DNA of 64,000 nt from positions 96,499,064-96,563,063 of the forward strand of contig NC_092371.1 in the NCBI RefSeq assembly GCF_030028105.1, given 5' to 3'. The translations under genes were made by a program, and so were the position numbers. The notes under the pieces were generated by a model that was given only the letters and a program-made list of their open reading frames with translations, was not told the DNA's origin and did no database searches. Every line of letters begins with the position of its first letter. Position 1 is the first letter of the stretch. Positions 49,990 to 61,351 of this stretch are shown piece after piece. Source of the stretch: Mobula birostris (lineage: Eukaryota).

Positions 49990-52270
49990 AAGACCTTGCC
50001 AGGACCCCCAGAGAGCTATCAGTGGTATCAAGAGACAATACCAGCCTGAAATTAACTTCAGGACCAGCCTTCAGTTGTTGCTGGGCTAACATGCTATAAC
50101 AGACTACAAAATGAAGTCGCATGCCATCCCTTCCTGATGAGCTCAATGTATGGTTTGCACCATAAGACAGAATCAGGGCATTTGGCCAATTGAGTCTGCT
50201 CCACCATTTCATCATGGCCTTGAGCAGTAGGGGATTGGTATGTACCACCTACCCAACAGACTCCAATGCATCTCAATCCAATTGCAGTTTTAAGATCAAT
50301 CTTCCAGAATGGAAAACATCTGGCCTGGATGGAGTCCTGAGATCGTCTGCAGGGAAACTGGCAGAGGTATTTGCAGATATTTTTAATCTGCTTCAATCTG
50401 TGGTTCCTACCTGTTCCTAATTTCACGAAGAAAAAAGAGGTTGTATTTCCTACGCCAACTCAGGAAGTACAACCTGCCTCAGGAGCTGCTGATTCAATTC
50501 TATTCAGGAATAATCCAGTCTGTTCTCTGTTCATCCATCACTGTCTGGTTTGGATCAGCTACCAAACAAGACAAGAATAGACTCCAAAGAACTGTCAGAG
50601 CTGCAGAAAGGATTATCGGTGTGAAGCTGCCCTCGATCCAGGACTTGTATGCATCTAGAGTCAGGAAGCGAGCAAGCAGCATCATTGTAGACCCATCACA
50701 CCCTGGACATCACCTGTTCCAACTCCTTCCTTCTGGTAGGCGCTTTAGATCACTGTATGCCAGGACAAATAGGTACAAGAACAGTTTCTTTCCGTATGCC
50801 ATCAGTCTTTTGAAAACTTGAATTTTAGTCTATTATAAACCAAGTCCACCTGTACATACACAGGTATACCTCATTGTATATAGTTCACAATTATTTGCAC
50901 TATTGTTATTTTTTTGCTTTTTGATTCTGTACAGCGAGAGCTCAGGGAAACCGGCATCAAATTCCCTGTTTGTGTCCACATACTTGGCGATAATAAAGGA
51001 TTCTGATTCTGAAAGGTAATGTGCCAGAATGACTGCCACTCAGTCACTCTGATGTGCACCACTGTCAAGTCCTATGAGGGGCTGTTCATGGCATACATTA
51101 ACTCCAACCACCCATACAACATCGCCCATGGCAATGCGTCTACCACCAAAACAGATCTACAGGGATGCCATCTCACTGCTCCTACACTCATCCATGGAGC
51201 ATCTTTACAGTAAAGGCACCTACAGTTGACTATTTATTGACTACAGCTCTGCCTGTAATTCCATGCAAACTTGTCATCAAATTCTGAAACCTGGGAGTCA
51301 ACAACTTCCTTTGCAACTGGACCTTTGACTTCCTGACCACCGGACTGCAATCAGTAAGAAAAGGCAACAGCTCCTCCTTGATTATTCTCAATATTGGTTC
51401 TCCACAAAGCTCTGTCCTCAGCTCCCTGTACACTCATGACAGCGTGGCCAGATTCTGCTCCAATTCCATCGACAAGATTGTAGATGATACTGCTATAATG
51501 GGCCATATCTCGAATAACAATGAGTTGGTTACAGGAAGGAGATAGTCCAGTAATGTGGAGTGAGGACACATCCTTTCCCTCAATATTGGAAACAAAAAAA
51601 AAAAAAACAAAAAACTGGTCAGGAAGAACGGTGATGCACATGTTCCTGTCTACCTCAGTGGTGTAGAGGCTGAGAGCTTCAAGTTCCCGGGAGCGAACAT
51701 CAACAATAACTTGTGCCAGTGTAATGATGCAGATGTCATGGCCAAGAAAGCTCACCAACACCTCTACTTCCTCAGGACGCTGAAGATATTTTGCATGTCC
51801 CAATTGACTCTTAGCTATTTTTATCAAAGCAGCTTGGCATAGCAACTGCTGCACATGTGAACACAGAAACTGCAGAATTATGGACAGAGCTCAGCACTTT
51901 ATGGAAACCAGCTTCCCCTCCGTAGACTGTTTGTACTTCTTGCTGCCTCAGTAAAGCACCTGGCATAATCAAAGACCCCACCCATCCCGGGACATTCTCT
52001 CTCCTCCCTTCTCCTGTTGGACAGAAGATACAAAAGCCTGAAAGCATGTACCTGCAGATTGAAAGATGACTTGTACCCTGCTGTTATAAGACTATTGACT
52101 GCTTCTGTCAGACAATAAAATGGACCTTCGACCTCACCATCTAACTGTACCGCACTTTGTTCTGATATTTTTTTTACTTTGTGTTGCATCAATACTATGT
52201 AATAAATGGATCTGTATGACCACTATTCAAGAGAAACCTTTCACTGTACATGTACATGTGACAATAATAT
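49990..52270 (+). mobile_element. Older Rex1/Babar LINE fragment interrupted by younger insertions
   Basis: KTSGLDGVLRSSAGKLAEVFADIFNL...VVPTC resumes after 51011 (LFIDYSS, SLCNWT.DFLT, IGSPQSSVLS, DDT, FKFPG remnants). Confidence 0.7.
50425..51011 (+). mobile_element. Young Rex1/Babar LINE 3' fragment
   Basis: Uninterrupted ORF 50441-50821 YFLRQLRKYNLPQELLIQFYSGIIQSVLCSSITVWFGS...DPSHPGHHLFQLLPSGRRFRS...KNSFFPYAI; tail AATAAAGGATTCTGATTCTGA. Confidence 0.85.
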
Positions 52271-52959
52271 TCCAGTTCCAAAAAGTTCAATGGCATGGAC
52301 ATATTGCATGCAGTGGTAAACTTAAACAAAACAGGTAGGCTCGCTGGTTTGTTCTGCATGTGGAATGAGTGGGAATGTTGCTAGGATGAGCAATGTCAGT
52401 GAGCTCTTGAGTGAGAACACAATAAAGAAATGGGGTGGTATAAGGACCATAAGATAAAGCAGAATTAGACCATTCAGCCAATTGAGTGCTCAATCTACAT
52501 GGCTGATTTATTATCCCTCTCAACCCCATTCTCTTGCTTTCTCCCCTTAACCTTTGATGACCTTACTAATAAAAAACCTATCACCCTCCTCTTTAAATAT
52601 AGCCAATGAATATGTCAGAAGGAGGCAACAATATTGTTGCTTATGATAGCACTGGAGACATATGGGACATGAATGAGTCTGCTGGTGCAAGACTACAGCT
52701 TCATTTACACATTTGCATCTGAGTAGTTGATTTGTGCAAGTTTATTTTCTTTTGTTTTTAAAGGGGAGGCAATGTAGAGGGTATGAGAAGTAAAGGTATC
52801 ACTTTGTATGAGATTGATATAGCAGACACTGCCCTTTAGTTGAGAGTTTTTGCCTTCAATAAAGCCATGAAAGAGTTCCCATAGCTGCCTTTGGAAAGGG
52901 AATTCTGTGATTTGGAACTAATGGTGAACTATCCTTTCCTGTAACACCACAGGATTTTG

Positions 52960-54398
52960 TCTTGTTAAGCAGCCTCATGTGGCACCCTAACAAATGCCTT
53001 CTGAAAATTCAAGTAAATGACATCCACTGCCTCTCCTTTGTCTATCCCACTTGTTACTTCCTCAAAGAACTCTGACAGATTTGTCAGGCAACATTTCCTT
53101 CTGCAGAAACCATGCTGACTTTGACTTGTATTATCATTTGTCTCCAAGTATCCCAAAACCTCATCCTTAATAATGGACTCCAACACTTTCCCACTCAGAG
53201 GTTAGGCTAACTAGTCTATAATTTCCTTCCCTTTGCCTTCCTCCCTTCTTAAAGAGTGGAGTGACATTTGCAATCAACAAGTCCTCTGGGTCCATGCCAG
53301 AATCAAGTGATTCTTGACCTCTGTCAGGACTCTGAGATGTAGTCAGGTACAGGTGACTTGTCCACCTTAAGACCTTTGAGTTTGCTTTGCACTTTTTCCT
53401 TTGTAATAGCAATGGCACTCACTCGTGCTCCCTGACACTCACAGACCTCTGGCACACTGGTAGTGTTGCCACAGTGAAAACTGAAGCAAAGTACCCATTA
53501 AGTCCATCAGCTATTTCTATGTCTTCCATTACTACCTCAACAGCATATTTTCCAGTGGTCCAATATCAATTCTCACCTCCCTTTTACTCTTTATATAAAT
53601 GAAAAAAACTCAATAGTATCCTGCTTTATATTATTGGCTAGTTTGCCCTCTTATTTCATCTTTTCCCTTCTTGGAGCTTTTTTAATTGCCTTTTGTTGGA
53701 TTTTAAAAGCTTCCTGATCACTTTTGCTACTTTATATGCCCTTTCCTTGGCTTTTATGCAGTGCTTAACTTCCCTTGTCAGCCACGGTTTCCTGTCCATG
53801 CCTTTTGAGAACTTCATCCGTGGAACATGTCTATCCTGTACCGTGTGAACTATTCCCAGAAGCTTCAGCTACCTCTGCTCTGCCGTTGTCCCTGCCAGTA
53901 TCTTCCTCTAATCCACCTGGGCAAGCTCCTCTCTTGTGCCTCTGTAATTACCTTTATTCCTTTGGGAAGCATGTGACTTGTCCTTCTCCCTCTCAAGTTG
54001 CAGTGTGAATTTGATCATATGATCACTGTCCCCTAACGGTTCCTTAACGTTAAGTTCCCTAATAAAATCTGAATTATTACACAACACCCAATCTAAGATG
54101 GCCTTTCCCCAAGTAGGCTCAAGCACAAGCTGCTCTAAACCTGATTTTCGAAATCCACTTGCATATTGAGATCCTCCATTACAATTGTGACATTGCCCTT
54201 ATTACATGCCTTTCCCAGCTTCCTTTGCAGCCTCAACCCCACATATTTGAGGGCTTATATATGATTTCCATAATGGTATTTTTACCCTTGCAGTTTCTTA
54301 ACTCCACCCACAAAGATTCAACATTCTCTGACCCTATGTCACCTCTTTGTAAAATGTAATTCCATCTCCAACCAACAGAACCACACCATAGCCTACAC
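52960..54398 (-). mobile_element. CR1 LINE (endonuclease-RT region), continues at 58637-59010
   Basis: ENVESLWVELRNCKG, EPTWGKAILDWVLCN, IANVTPLFKKGGRQREGNYR, QHGF..KCCLTNL.EFFEEVT..IDKGEAVDVIYL.FQKAF. Confidence 0.9.
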
Positions 54399-54962
54399 CA
54401 GGGGTCGGCAACCTTTCTGCCTCGGTGGGCCAGATCGCGTATTAATGAGTGGACTGTGGGCCAGATAAATGCCATAAAAAAAACTTGAAATATGGGTATT
54501 ATCCATTTAAATACATCTAGTTATGTTTTGCCTCAAATTAATGAATAATGCATGCTAGAAAATCATTTGTGCTTAACCAAGTAATCAAAGAACTCAAGCA
54601 ACACACACAAAACACTGGTGAACACAGCAGGCCAGACAGCATCTAGAGGAAGAAGCAAAGTCATGTCTCAGGCCAAGACCCTTCATCAGGACTAACTGAA
54701 AGAAGAGATAGTAAGAGATTTGAAAGGGGGAGATCTGAAATGATAGGGGAAGACAGGAGGGGAAGGGATGAAGTTAAGAGCTGGAAAGTTGATTGGCAAA
54801 AGGGATAGAAGGCTGGAGAAGGGAGATGATCATAGGATGGAGGCCTAGGGAGAAAGAAAAGGGGAGGGGAGCGCCAGAGGAAGATGGAGCAATTGTGAGA
54901 GAGATAGAGGGAGAAAAAAGAGAAGAAAAAAAAGGGAAAAATAAAAAAATAATTAAATAAGG

Positions 54963-56130
54963 CAGGGGTCCCCAACCTTTTTTGCACTGCGGACCAGTTT
55001 AATATTGACAATATTCTTGCGGACCGGCCAATGGGTGGGGGGGGGGGGTGGGGGGTAGGGTTGCCAACGGACAAGAGTAGCAGTCAAATATGTTGGGTTT
55101 ACCCAAAGAAAGACTACAATGACCATGAAGCCTTGTGCGGGCACCAGTGCGCATGCATGCATCTGCCGATTTTTTTTTTTTTTTTTCCCCCCCCACAATT
55201 TGTTTTTGGCGATTCTATTTGAGATGGGGTTAATCTCGACTGGAATATAGGTGATAAGTGGCTAATACACTCAATTTCATTTCTGAAAGGGTTTATCTAA
55301 CAAGTTTAATATTAAACACACAGAGCATATTTTCCTTGGATGAATATAGTGATAAGTCAATTATCGGGGAGGACAGGGGAGCTTGAAGTAAGTGTTGAAG
55401 GAAATTCCAGTAGAAGTGGTAGAGGCAGGTTCGATATTATTTAAAGAAAAATTGGATAGGTATATGGACAGGAAAGGAATGGAGGGTTATGGGCTGAGTG
55501 CAGGTCGGTGGGACTAGGTGAGAATAGCGTTCGGCATGGACTAGAAGAGCAGAGATGGCCTGTTTCTGTGCTGTAATTGTTATATGGTTATATAAGTCCA
55601 TAGCATCATAACATTTTAAGTAAGGTTTGGATATTAAACACACAGCACATATTTTCCCCGTATGAACATATAAAATCATTGCAACACACCAATATCGCTG
55701 AATCAGTGGGAGCCCTGGCCTTGTTTTCACGCAACAACACGCTGCCATCAAGGGGTGATGGGAGACCGCGGTGCTCGAAGGGGGTTCCTTATGTCCAGTC
55801 TATTCCGCAATTTAGTTTCGGTTGCATTCATTCCAGAGATACGTTGGAAATGGAAGTAACGTTTTCAGTGATTTCGTGGCTATGTCAGGATATTTAGCTT
55901 TGACTTTGATCCAAAATGCCGCCAGAGATGTTATATCAAACACACTTTTCAGCCCACCATCATTTGCAAGCTTGAGTTGACCTCTTTCCTGCTCTGACAT
56001 GGATGACGCGTGGGCGATGACCTCGCGTGTGTTCAAGCTCAACAGTGCGTGACAGGGAATGAGGAAAGATGCAGCTGACTCAAAGCCAAATCATATCGTT
56101 TCCTCGCGGCCCGGTGGTTGGGGACCACTG
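54963..56130 (-). mobile_element. Non-autonomous hAT (Charlie/Buster-like) with perfect 8-bp TSD, containing a CR1 3' fragment
   Basis: TIRs CAGGGGTCCCCAACC / GGTTGGGGACCACTG; TSD AAATAAGG at 54955-54962 and 56131-56138. Remnant LANDGGLKSVF...SLAAFWIKVKAKYPDIATKSLKTLLPFPTYL resembles ZBED5/FAM200-type transposase. Confidence 0.92.
55400..55592 (+). mobile_element. CR1 3' end fragment inside the hAT element
   Basis: GAAGTGGTAGAGGCAGGTTCG...GGATAGGTATATGGACAGGAAAGGAATGGAGGGTTATGGGCTGAGTGCAGGTCGGTGGGAC...GTAATTGTTATAT closely matches the CR1 at 43335-43530. Confidence 0.85.
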
Positions 56131-57388
56131 AAATAAGGGATGGGGTAAGAAGGGGAGGAGAGGCATTAACGGAAGTTAGAGAAGTAATGTTCATGCCATC
56201 AGGTTGGAGGCTACCCAGACGGAATATAAGGTGTTGTTCCTCCAACCTGAGTGTGGCTTCATCTTGACGGTAGAAGAGGCCGTGGATAGACAAATCAGAA
56301 TGGGACTGGACGTGGAATTAAAATGTGTGGCCACTGGAAGATCCTGCTTTCTCTGGCAGACAGAGCGTAGGAGTTCAGTGAAATGGTCTCCCAGTCTGCG
56401 TCGGGTCTCACCAATATATAGAAGGGAGCACTGGACGCAGTATATCACACCAGCCGACTCACAGGTGAGGTGTCACCTCACCTGGAAGGACTATCTGGGG
56501 CCCTGAATGGTGGTGAGAGAGGAAGTGTAAGGGCATGTATAGCACTTGTTCTGCTTACAAGGATAAGTGCCGGGAGGGAGATTGGTGGGAAGGGATGGGG
56601 GGGGGAACGAATGGACAAGAGAGTCGCGTAGGGAGGGTTCCCTGTGGAAAGCAGAAAGGCGGGGGGGGAAGGGAAAGATGTGCTTGGTGATGGGATCCTG
56701 TTGGAGGTGGCGGAAGTTACGGAGAATTATATGTTGGACCTGGAGGCTGGTGGGGTGGTAGGTGAGGACAAGGGGAACCCCAACCCTAGTGGGGTGACTT
56801 GAGGATGGGGTGAGAGCAGATGTGTGTGAAATGGGAGAGATGCGTTTGAGAGCAGAGTTAATGGTGGAGGAAGGGAAGCCCCTTTCTTTAAAAAAGGATG
56901 ACATCTCCTTCATCCTGGAATGAAAAGCCTCATCCTGAGAGCAGATGCAGCGGAGACGGAGGAATTGCGAGAAGGGGGTGGTATTTTTGCAGGAGACAGG
57001 TGGGAAGAGGAATAGTCCAAGTAGCTGTGAGATTCCATAGGTTCACAGTAGACATCAGTAGATAAGCTGTCTCCAGAGATAGAGACAGAAAGATCAAGAA
57101 AGGGGAGGGAAGTGTCGGAAATGGGCCAGGTAAATTCTCTCTCTGTCCCTCTCACAATTACTCCTTGCCTGCTCTCCATCTTACTCTAGCGCTCCCGCTT
57201 CCCCTTTCTTTCTCCCTAGGCCTCCCGTCCCATGATCCTCTCCCTTCTCCAGCCTTGTATCTCTTTTGCCAATCAAATTTCCAGCTCTCGGCTCTATCCC
57301 TCCCACTCCTGTCTTCCCATATCATTTTGGATCTCCCCCCCCCCCCGCCCCACAACTTTCAAATCTCTTACTATCTCTTCTTTCAGTT

Positions 57389-57424
57389 AGTCCTGACAAA
57401 GGGTCTTGGCCAGAAACGTCGACT
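57389..57424 (+). ncRNA. Penelope hammerhead motif with mutated core
   Basis: AGTC CTGACAA AGGGTCTTGGCCA GAAACGTC GACT; the CUGANGA core is changed to CUGACAA. The sister copy at 54659-54693 (minus) has GAAA changed to GAGA. Confidence 0.6.
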
Positions 57425-58636
57425 GTGCTTCTTCCTATGGATACTGTCTGGCCTGCTGCGTTCACCAGCGTTTTGTGTGTATCGCTACATCAAAGAACTC
57501 AGTTTAGTTGCAATTTATTTCAATTAAGACATCTTTTGAATCTATTAAAAGGATGCAGAATCTTTTAAACATAAAATGTATGAACATGATGCATTCAATG
57601 GTAGTAAATTAAGTATAATAAAAAAAGAAAATTTTAATGCAAACAGTCGATAAATCATTGTGAAACTTGATGCTGTTTGTTGCTTGAAAGCTTCTCAATA
57701 TTGGGTGTCAGACTTGTTGATGCCAAGAGCAAGACATTATCCAGATGGGCATCAGTCAATCTTGTTCTCAAATGGTTCTTGGTGCGCTTCATTTTTGAAA
57801 ATAATTGCTCACACAGATAAGTGCTGCCAAACAATGATGCCATCTATTTTGCATGGTCCAGTAAGTTAGGATACTTCCCACTTGGATGAATATATTTTCT
57901 ATAGAAGTCAAGCACTGACACATCTTCAGAATGAAATTTCGATCTCAATATGTTGTCACACTACATCTCAATCAATTCCATTTGAAAAATTTCTGATGCA
58001 GTGTCCACTTCCACATCAAATGGAGTAGCAAACAGCTTGAACTCATTTGCTTGCAAGTGAAAATCAGCAAAATGAGATGAAAACTCTTTTCTCAATTCTT
58101 GGACTTTTGTCTCATTTTCTAGGCAAATGAGACAAACTGATTTCCCAGCTTGCTCGATGAAGAAGTAACCTAGTGTCCAAGTGTCTTGGAAATTTTGGCA
58201 CTCAGTGTCTACCTTCCTGCGTTTTGCATTCATTGCCATTGGAATTTTTTTCTTCGATTTTATTTTGAAACGTGAGTTATTCAACAAGTATCGTAGCACA
58301 TGTAAATATCTGGATATTTAGCGTGGATTTCTTGTTAAAACAGTGATGCTATTTCTGTTTACAAATTTGAATGATCCCATCTGAAAACCTGCACGTGCAT
58401 GGAGAGTATCTGATACATATTAATAAGGTAGTCTGCCTTCCCGTCATTTGTATATACCAACGTTTGGTTTGGAACAAATCAGAACCTGGGGCCAGTGTAA
58501 CAATTCGTTATGCACGTCCATCAGTGTGGTCCCGTGAAACATTCAGAATAAGAAAAAATCGCTTGTGGGCCGGATAAGCATAGTATCTCAATATTTGCTC
58601 GTGGGTCGGTCAAAATTCCTAGGTTGCCTACCTCTG

Positions 58637-59010
58637 GCTTATGCCTTCCTGCCTGTCCCTTCGGTACAAAGTATATCCTTTGATATTAAGTTCCCGACTA
58701 TGGCCTTCTTCCATCAGCGACTCAGTGACCACAATGTCATACTGGCCGGTCCCTAATTGCGCCAAGATTCGTCCACCTTATTCCATACATTCAAATGCAG
58801 CACCTTCAGTCCTGCATTCTTCGCCATTTTGAATTTTGCCTCGGTGTTACAACTTAACTCTTTGTTCTGCCTGCATTTGTACCCAATCATTGGCTTGTCC
58901 TTCCTTACATTCATGTTACACCCATCATCTACTTGTAAACCTGCTGGCTCATCCTCAGCTCTATCACACTGGTTTCCATCCCCCTGCCATATTAGTTTAA
59001 ACCACTCCCA
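58637..59010 (-). mobile_element. CR1 LINE continuation (ORF1 end/ORF2 start)
   Basis: FKLIWQGDGNQ...GLKVLHLN...WNKVDE, followed by remnants of the endonuclease start. Confidence 0.8.
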
Positions 59011-60169
59011 GATGTCTGAGCCACCGGGCAGCAATCGTTTTGGTACTTTATCTTGTTTTACCTGGATATTTGGATGATAGTAGTGGTCTTATTAAAGCAG
59101 GTGGTAACCACAGATTAAAGCGGGGAGAAGTTAAAGCTGCCTGCAAATACTGTCAGTTGATCTGTGCTAGATGTATCTATTTCACTGTATCTCAGTACAT
59201 GTGACAATAATAAACCAATTTTAATTCAAGTCAAGGTTTCTCTATTGGTTCAGTTATTTGTCATTATACCCTACACATGTATACAGCCAAATGAAACAAC
59301 ATCCCTCTGGACCAAGGTGTGCCACATAGTACACTAAACTATATTCTACTACCCGATCTACATAGGTAATAGTTGAGGAGTTCGGTGGAGGTTGCAAAGG
59401 CGAGTTGATGTGAAGTTTGCTGATGGTGGTGTAACGTGAAGAGTTGCAGGTGGTCAGACATATCGTCACTGGCTTGCTTCATTTTGAGTTAGTGTTGATC
59501 TTTGAATGTTGACTGATAAATACTCATCCAGGCCATCCTGATTTGCAAGTTTATAACAAGTCAAAGTGACCGATGCTCTTGTATGAAAAAAGCTGAGACA
59601 CGACCTGATGGACCATTTGATGTTTGAGAATGGTAACTAGTGGCTGAAAGCTAAGTTAGAAGCAATGAGAAATGAAATTTAGGTTTTTGCAAATGACATC
59701 TAGAAAATTGAGGGCATAGAATTTGATGGTGTGGATGGCATATTCATACCTACAAAACGACTAGCTTTGTGCAATAGTTGCATTCAGTCCACAAATGCAA
59801 ATTGACCAACCTGCTGCCTGCTGTTTTAATTCTTCATCCTCTTGCATTCTGACCTATTGGTCAATTGCCTCTTGTACCACTAGAATGAGGCACAATACAA
59901 CCATGAGAACCAGCACCTCATCTTTCACCTGGGTTTGTTGTGTCTTTCTGGATTTAACATTGGTTTATATAACTTCAGGTAACTTGATTTCTGTCTATTG
60001 ATCAATCAGCTATTTGTTATATTGGCTCAGCTTGTTTGCTTTTTTACTTTCCTCTGGGTGTGGAGGATATGCTTAGCCTGACCTGGGCTTGTCTATTGCT
60101 CTGAATTTCACAATCAGCTTTCTTTTATCTATTACTTTGTCTATTTTCTTGCTGTCTAACTGGTCCCAT

Positions 60170-60760
60170 TCACTCATCAACCAGCAGGCATTCTGACCTC
60201 TGCAAAGGACTGGCAGCTGTTGGTGGACCTCGAAGGGCAGCTGAAGTTCCCCAACCATATCGCAGCCACCACCCTGTGACCAGACATTGTCCTAGTGTCT
60301 GAGTCTACTAAGCAAGTGGTGCTGCTGGAGCTGACAGTCCCATGGGAAGATAGCTTGGAAGAGGCCTTTGAAAGGAAGCTCTCCAAGTACGCAGGACTGT
60401 TCAGCAACTGTCAGCAGGCTGGATGGAGAGCGAGGTGTCTCCCAGTGGAGGTTGGTTGTAGGGGATTCGTTGCCCGTTCTTTAGTTAGAGCCTTCAGCAT
60501 TTTGGGCATCGAGGGAGAGAGGAAGAGAAGAGCCATCCGTAGTACCACTGATGCGGCAGAGAGGGCCTCAAGATGGTTGTGGCTCAAAAGAGGGGAGCCA
60601 TGGCATCATAAGTAGCTAGCCATCTGGACACAAGCTGGGGTCTGATCAGCCCCCGCTGGGTCACCTGGAGGAGGTTGTATGATGTTGAAAGACCCAAAAC
60701 ACCCGATGATTCCAGGAACATCACTGAAGATGTGTCCAGAAGCATCAACAGATGTATGTA
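60170..60760 (+). mobile_element. RLE-type (R2 superfamily, HERO-like) non-LTR retrotransposon 3' fragment
   Basis: AKDWQLLVDLEGQLKFPNHIAATTL*PDIVLVSESTKQVVLLELTVPWEDSLEEAFERKLSKY...PVEVGCRGF...AERASRWLWLKR: PD...E(L)TVP...K..KY restriction-like endonuclease signature. Confidence 0.8.
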
Positions 60761-61114
60761 CACAGCTTGTTTATGGCTTTTCCCCATGGTCGCCCTTGTT
60801 TTACCTTATCGCAGACATCCTCCATCCCCCATCCAAATTGTAACTTTGCAATCTTCTATTACCTTCTTCCCAGTTCTGAGTGTTCTTCAACTTGGAGCAT
60901 TGGCTCTGTTTCTCTTCCTGAAGATGTGGTCTGACCTGAGTATTTTCTGTTGTTAATTTAGATCTCCAGCATCTGCAGTTTTAATTTTATTTAAAGCCAA
61001 GGCTATTTGAGGGAGGAAATTTGCCACCCTTACCTGGTCTGGGCTATGGGTCTGTCTCTAAATAAATGGAAAGGCTAGTATTTGTTAATTCCTCATGGTT
61101 GTTTTTGAGAAGGT

Positions 61115-61351
61115 AGGTCTGGTGGTGTAGTGACATCAGTGCTGAACTTCGGGACGAAAGGTCCCGAGTTCAAATCCAGCCAGCCGGCTGCCCTCCACGC
61201 TTTCCATCCGTACTGGGTTAAGAGCTGCTGATCTCTTTGGAAACTCACCCGGCAGAAGGCAATGGCAAACCACTGCTGTAACTTGCCTCGTACGCAGTTC
61301 CCCACTACGTCAGAGTGGAGAGAAACTCCAGATGCGACGTACCTTTCCTTT
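61115..61351 (+). mobile_element. tRNA-derived SINE with RTE/Bov-A-like segment
   Basis: A-box-like TGGTGTAGTG, B box GAGTTCAAATCC; GAAGGCAATGGCAAACCACTGCTGTA resembles the Bov-B/Bov-A 3' motif. Confidence 0.65.

Larger units (their letters stand above)
54597..57488 (-). mobile_element. Penelope-like element (RT C-terminus, GIY-YIG, pLTR) with inverted pLTR and 13-bp TSD
   Basis: SLPFLDLSVSISGDSLSTDVY..P..SHSYLDYSSSH, MSSFFKERGFP, CKQNKCYTCPY, IYCVQC..LYIGETRRRLG. 54597-54910 is inverted at 57137-57480. TSD ATCAAAGAACTCA at 54584-54596 and 57489-57501. Confidence 0.9.
54399..58636 (-). mobile_element. hAT transposon (SPIN/Charlie/GTF2IRD2-like), internally deleted, hosting a nested Penelope
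   Basis: TIRs CAGGGGTCGGCAACCT / AGGTTGCCTACCTCTG with a degenerate 8-bp TSD GCCTACAC/GCTTATGC. Transposase remnants: KRRKVDTECQNFQDTWT..YFF....KSVCLIC, F.TPF...FQMELIEM, SLFGSTYLCEQLFSKMK..K...RTRLTD.HL. Confidence 0.85.

Noticed and set aside
60660-60740. Hammerhead-like words in the HERO-like 3' UTR
   Set aside because: CUGANGA and GAAA are not in the correct order with pairing stems.
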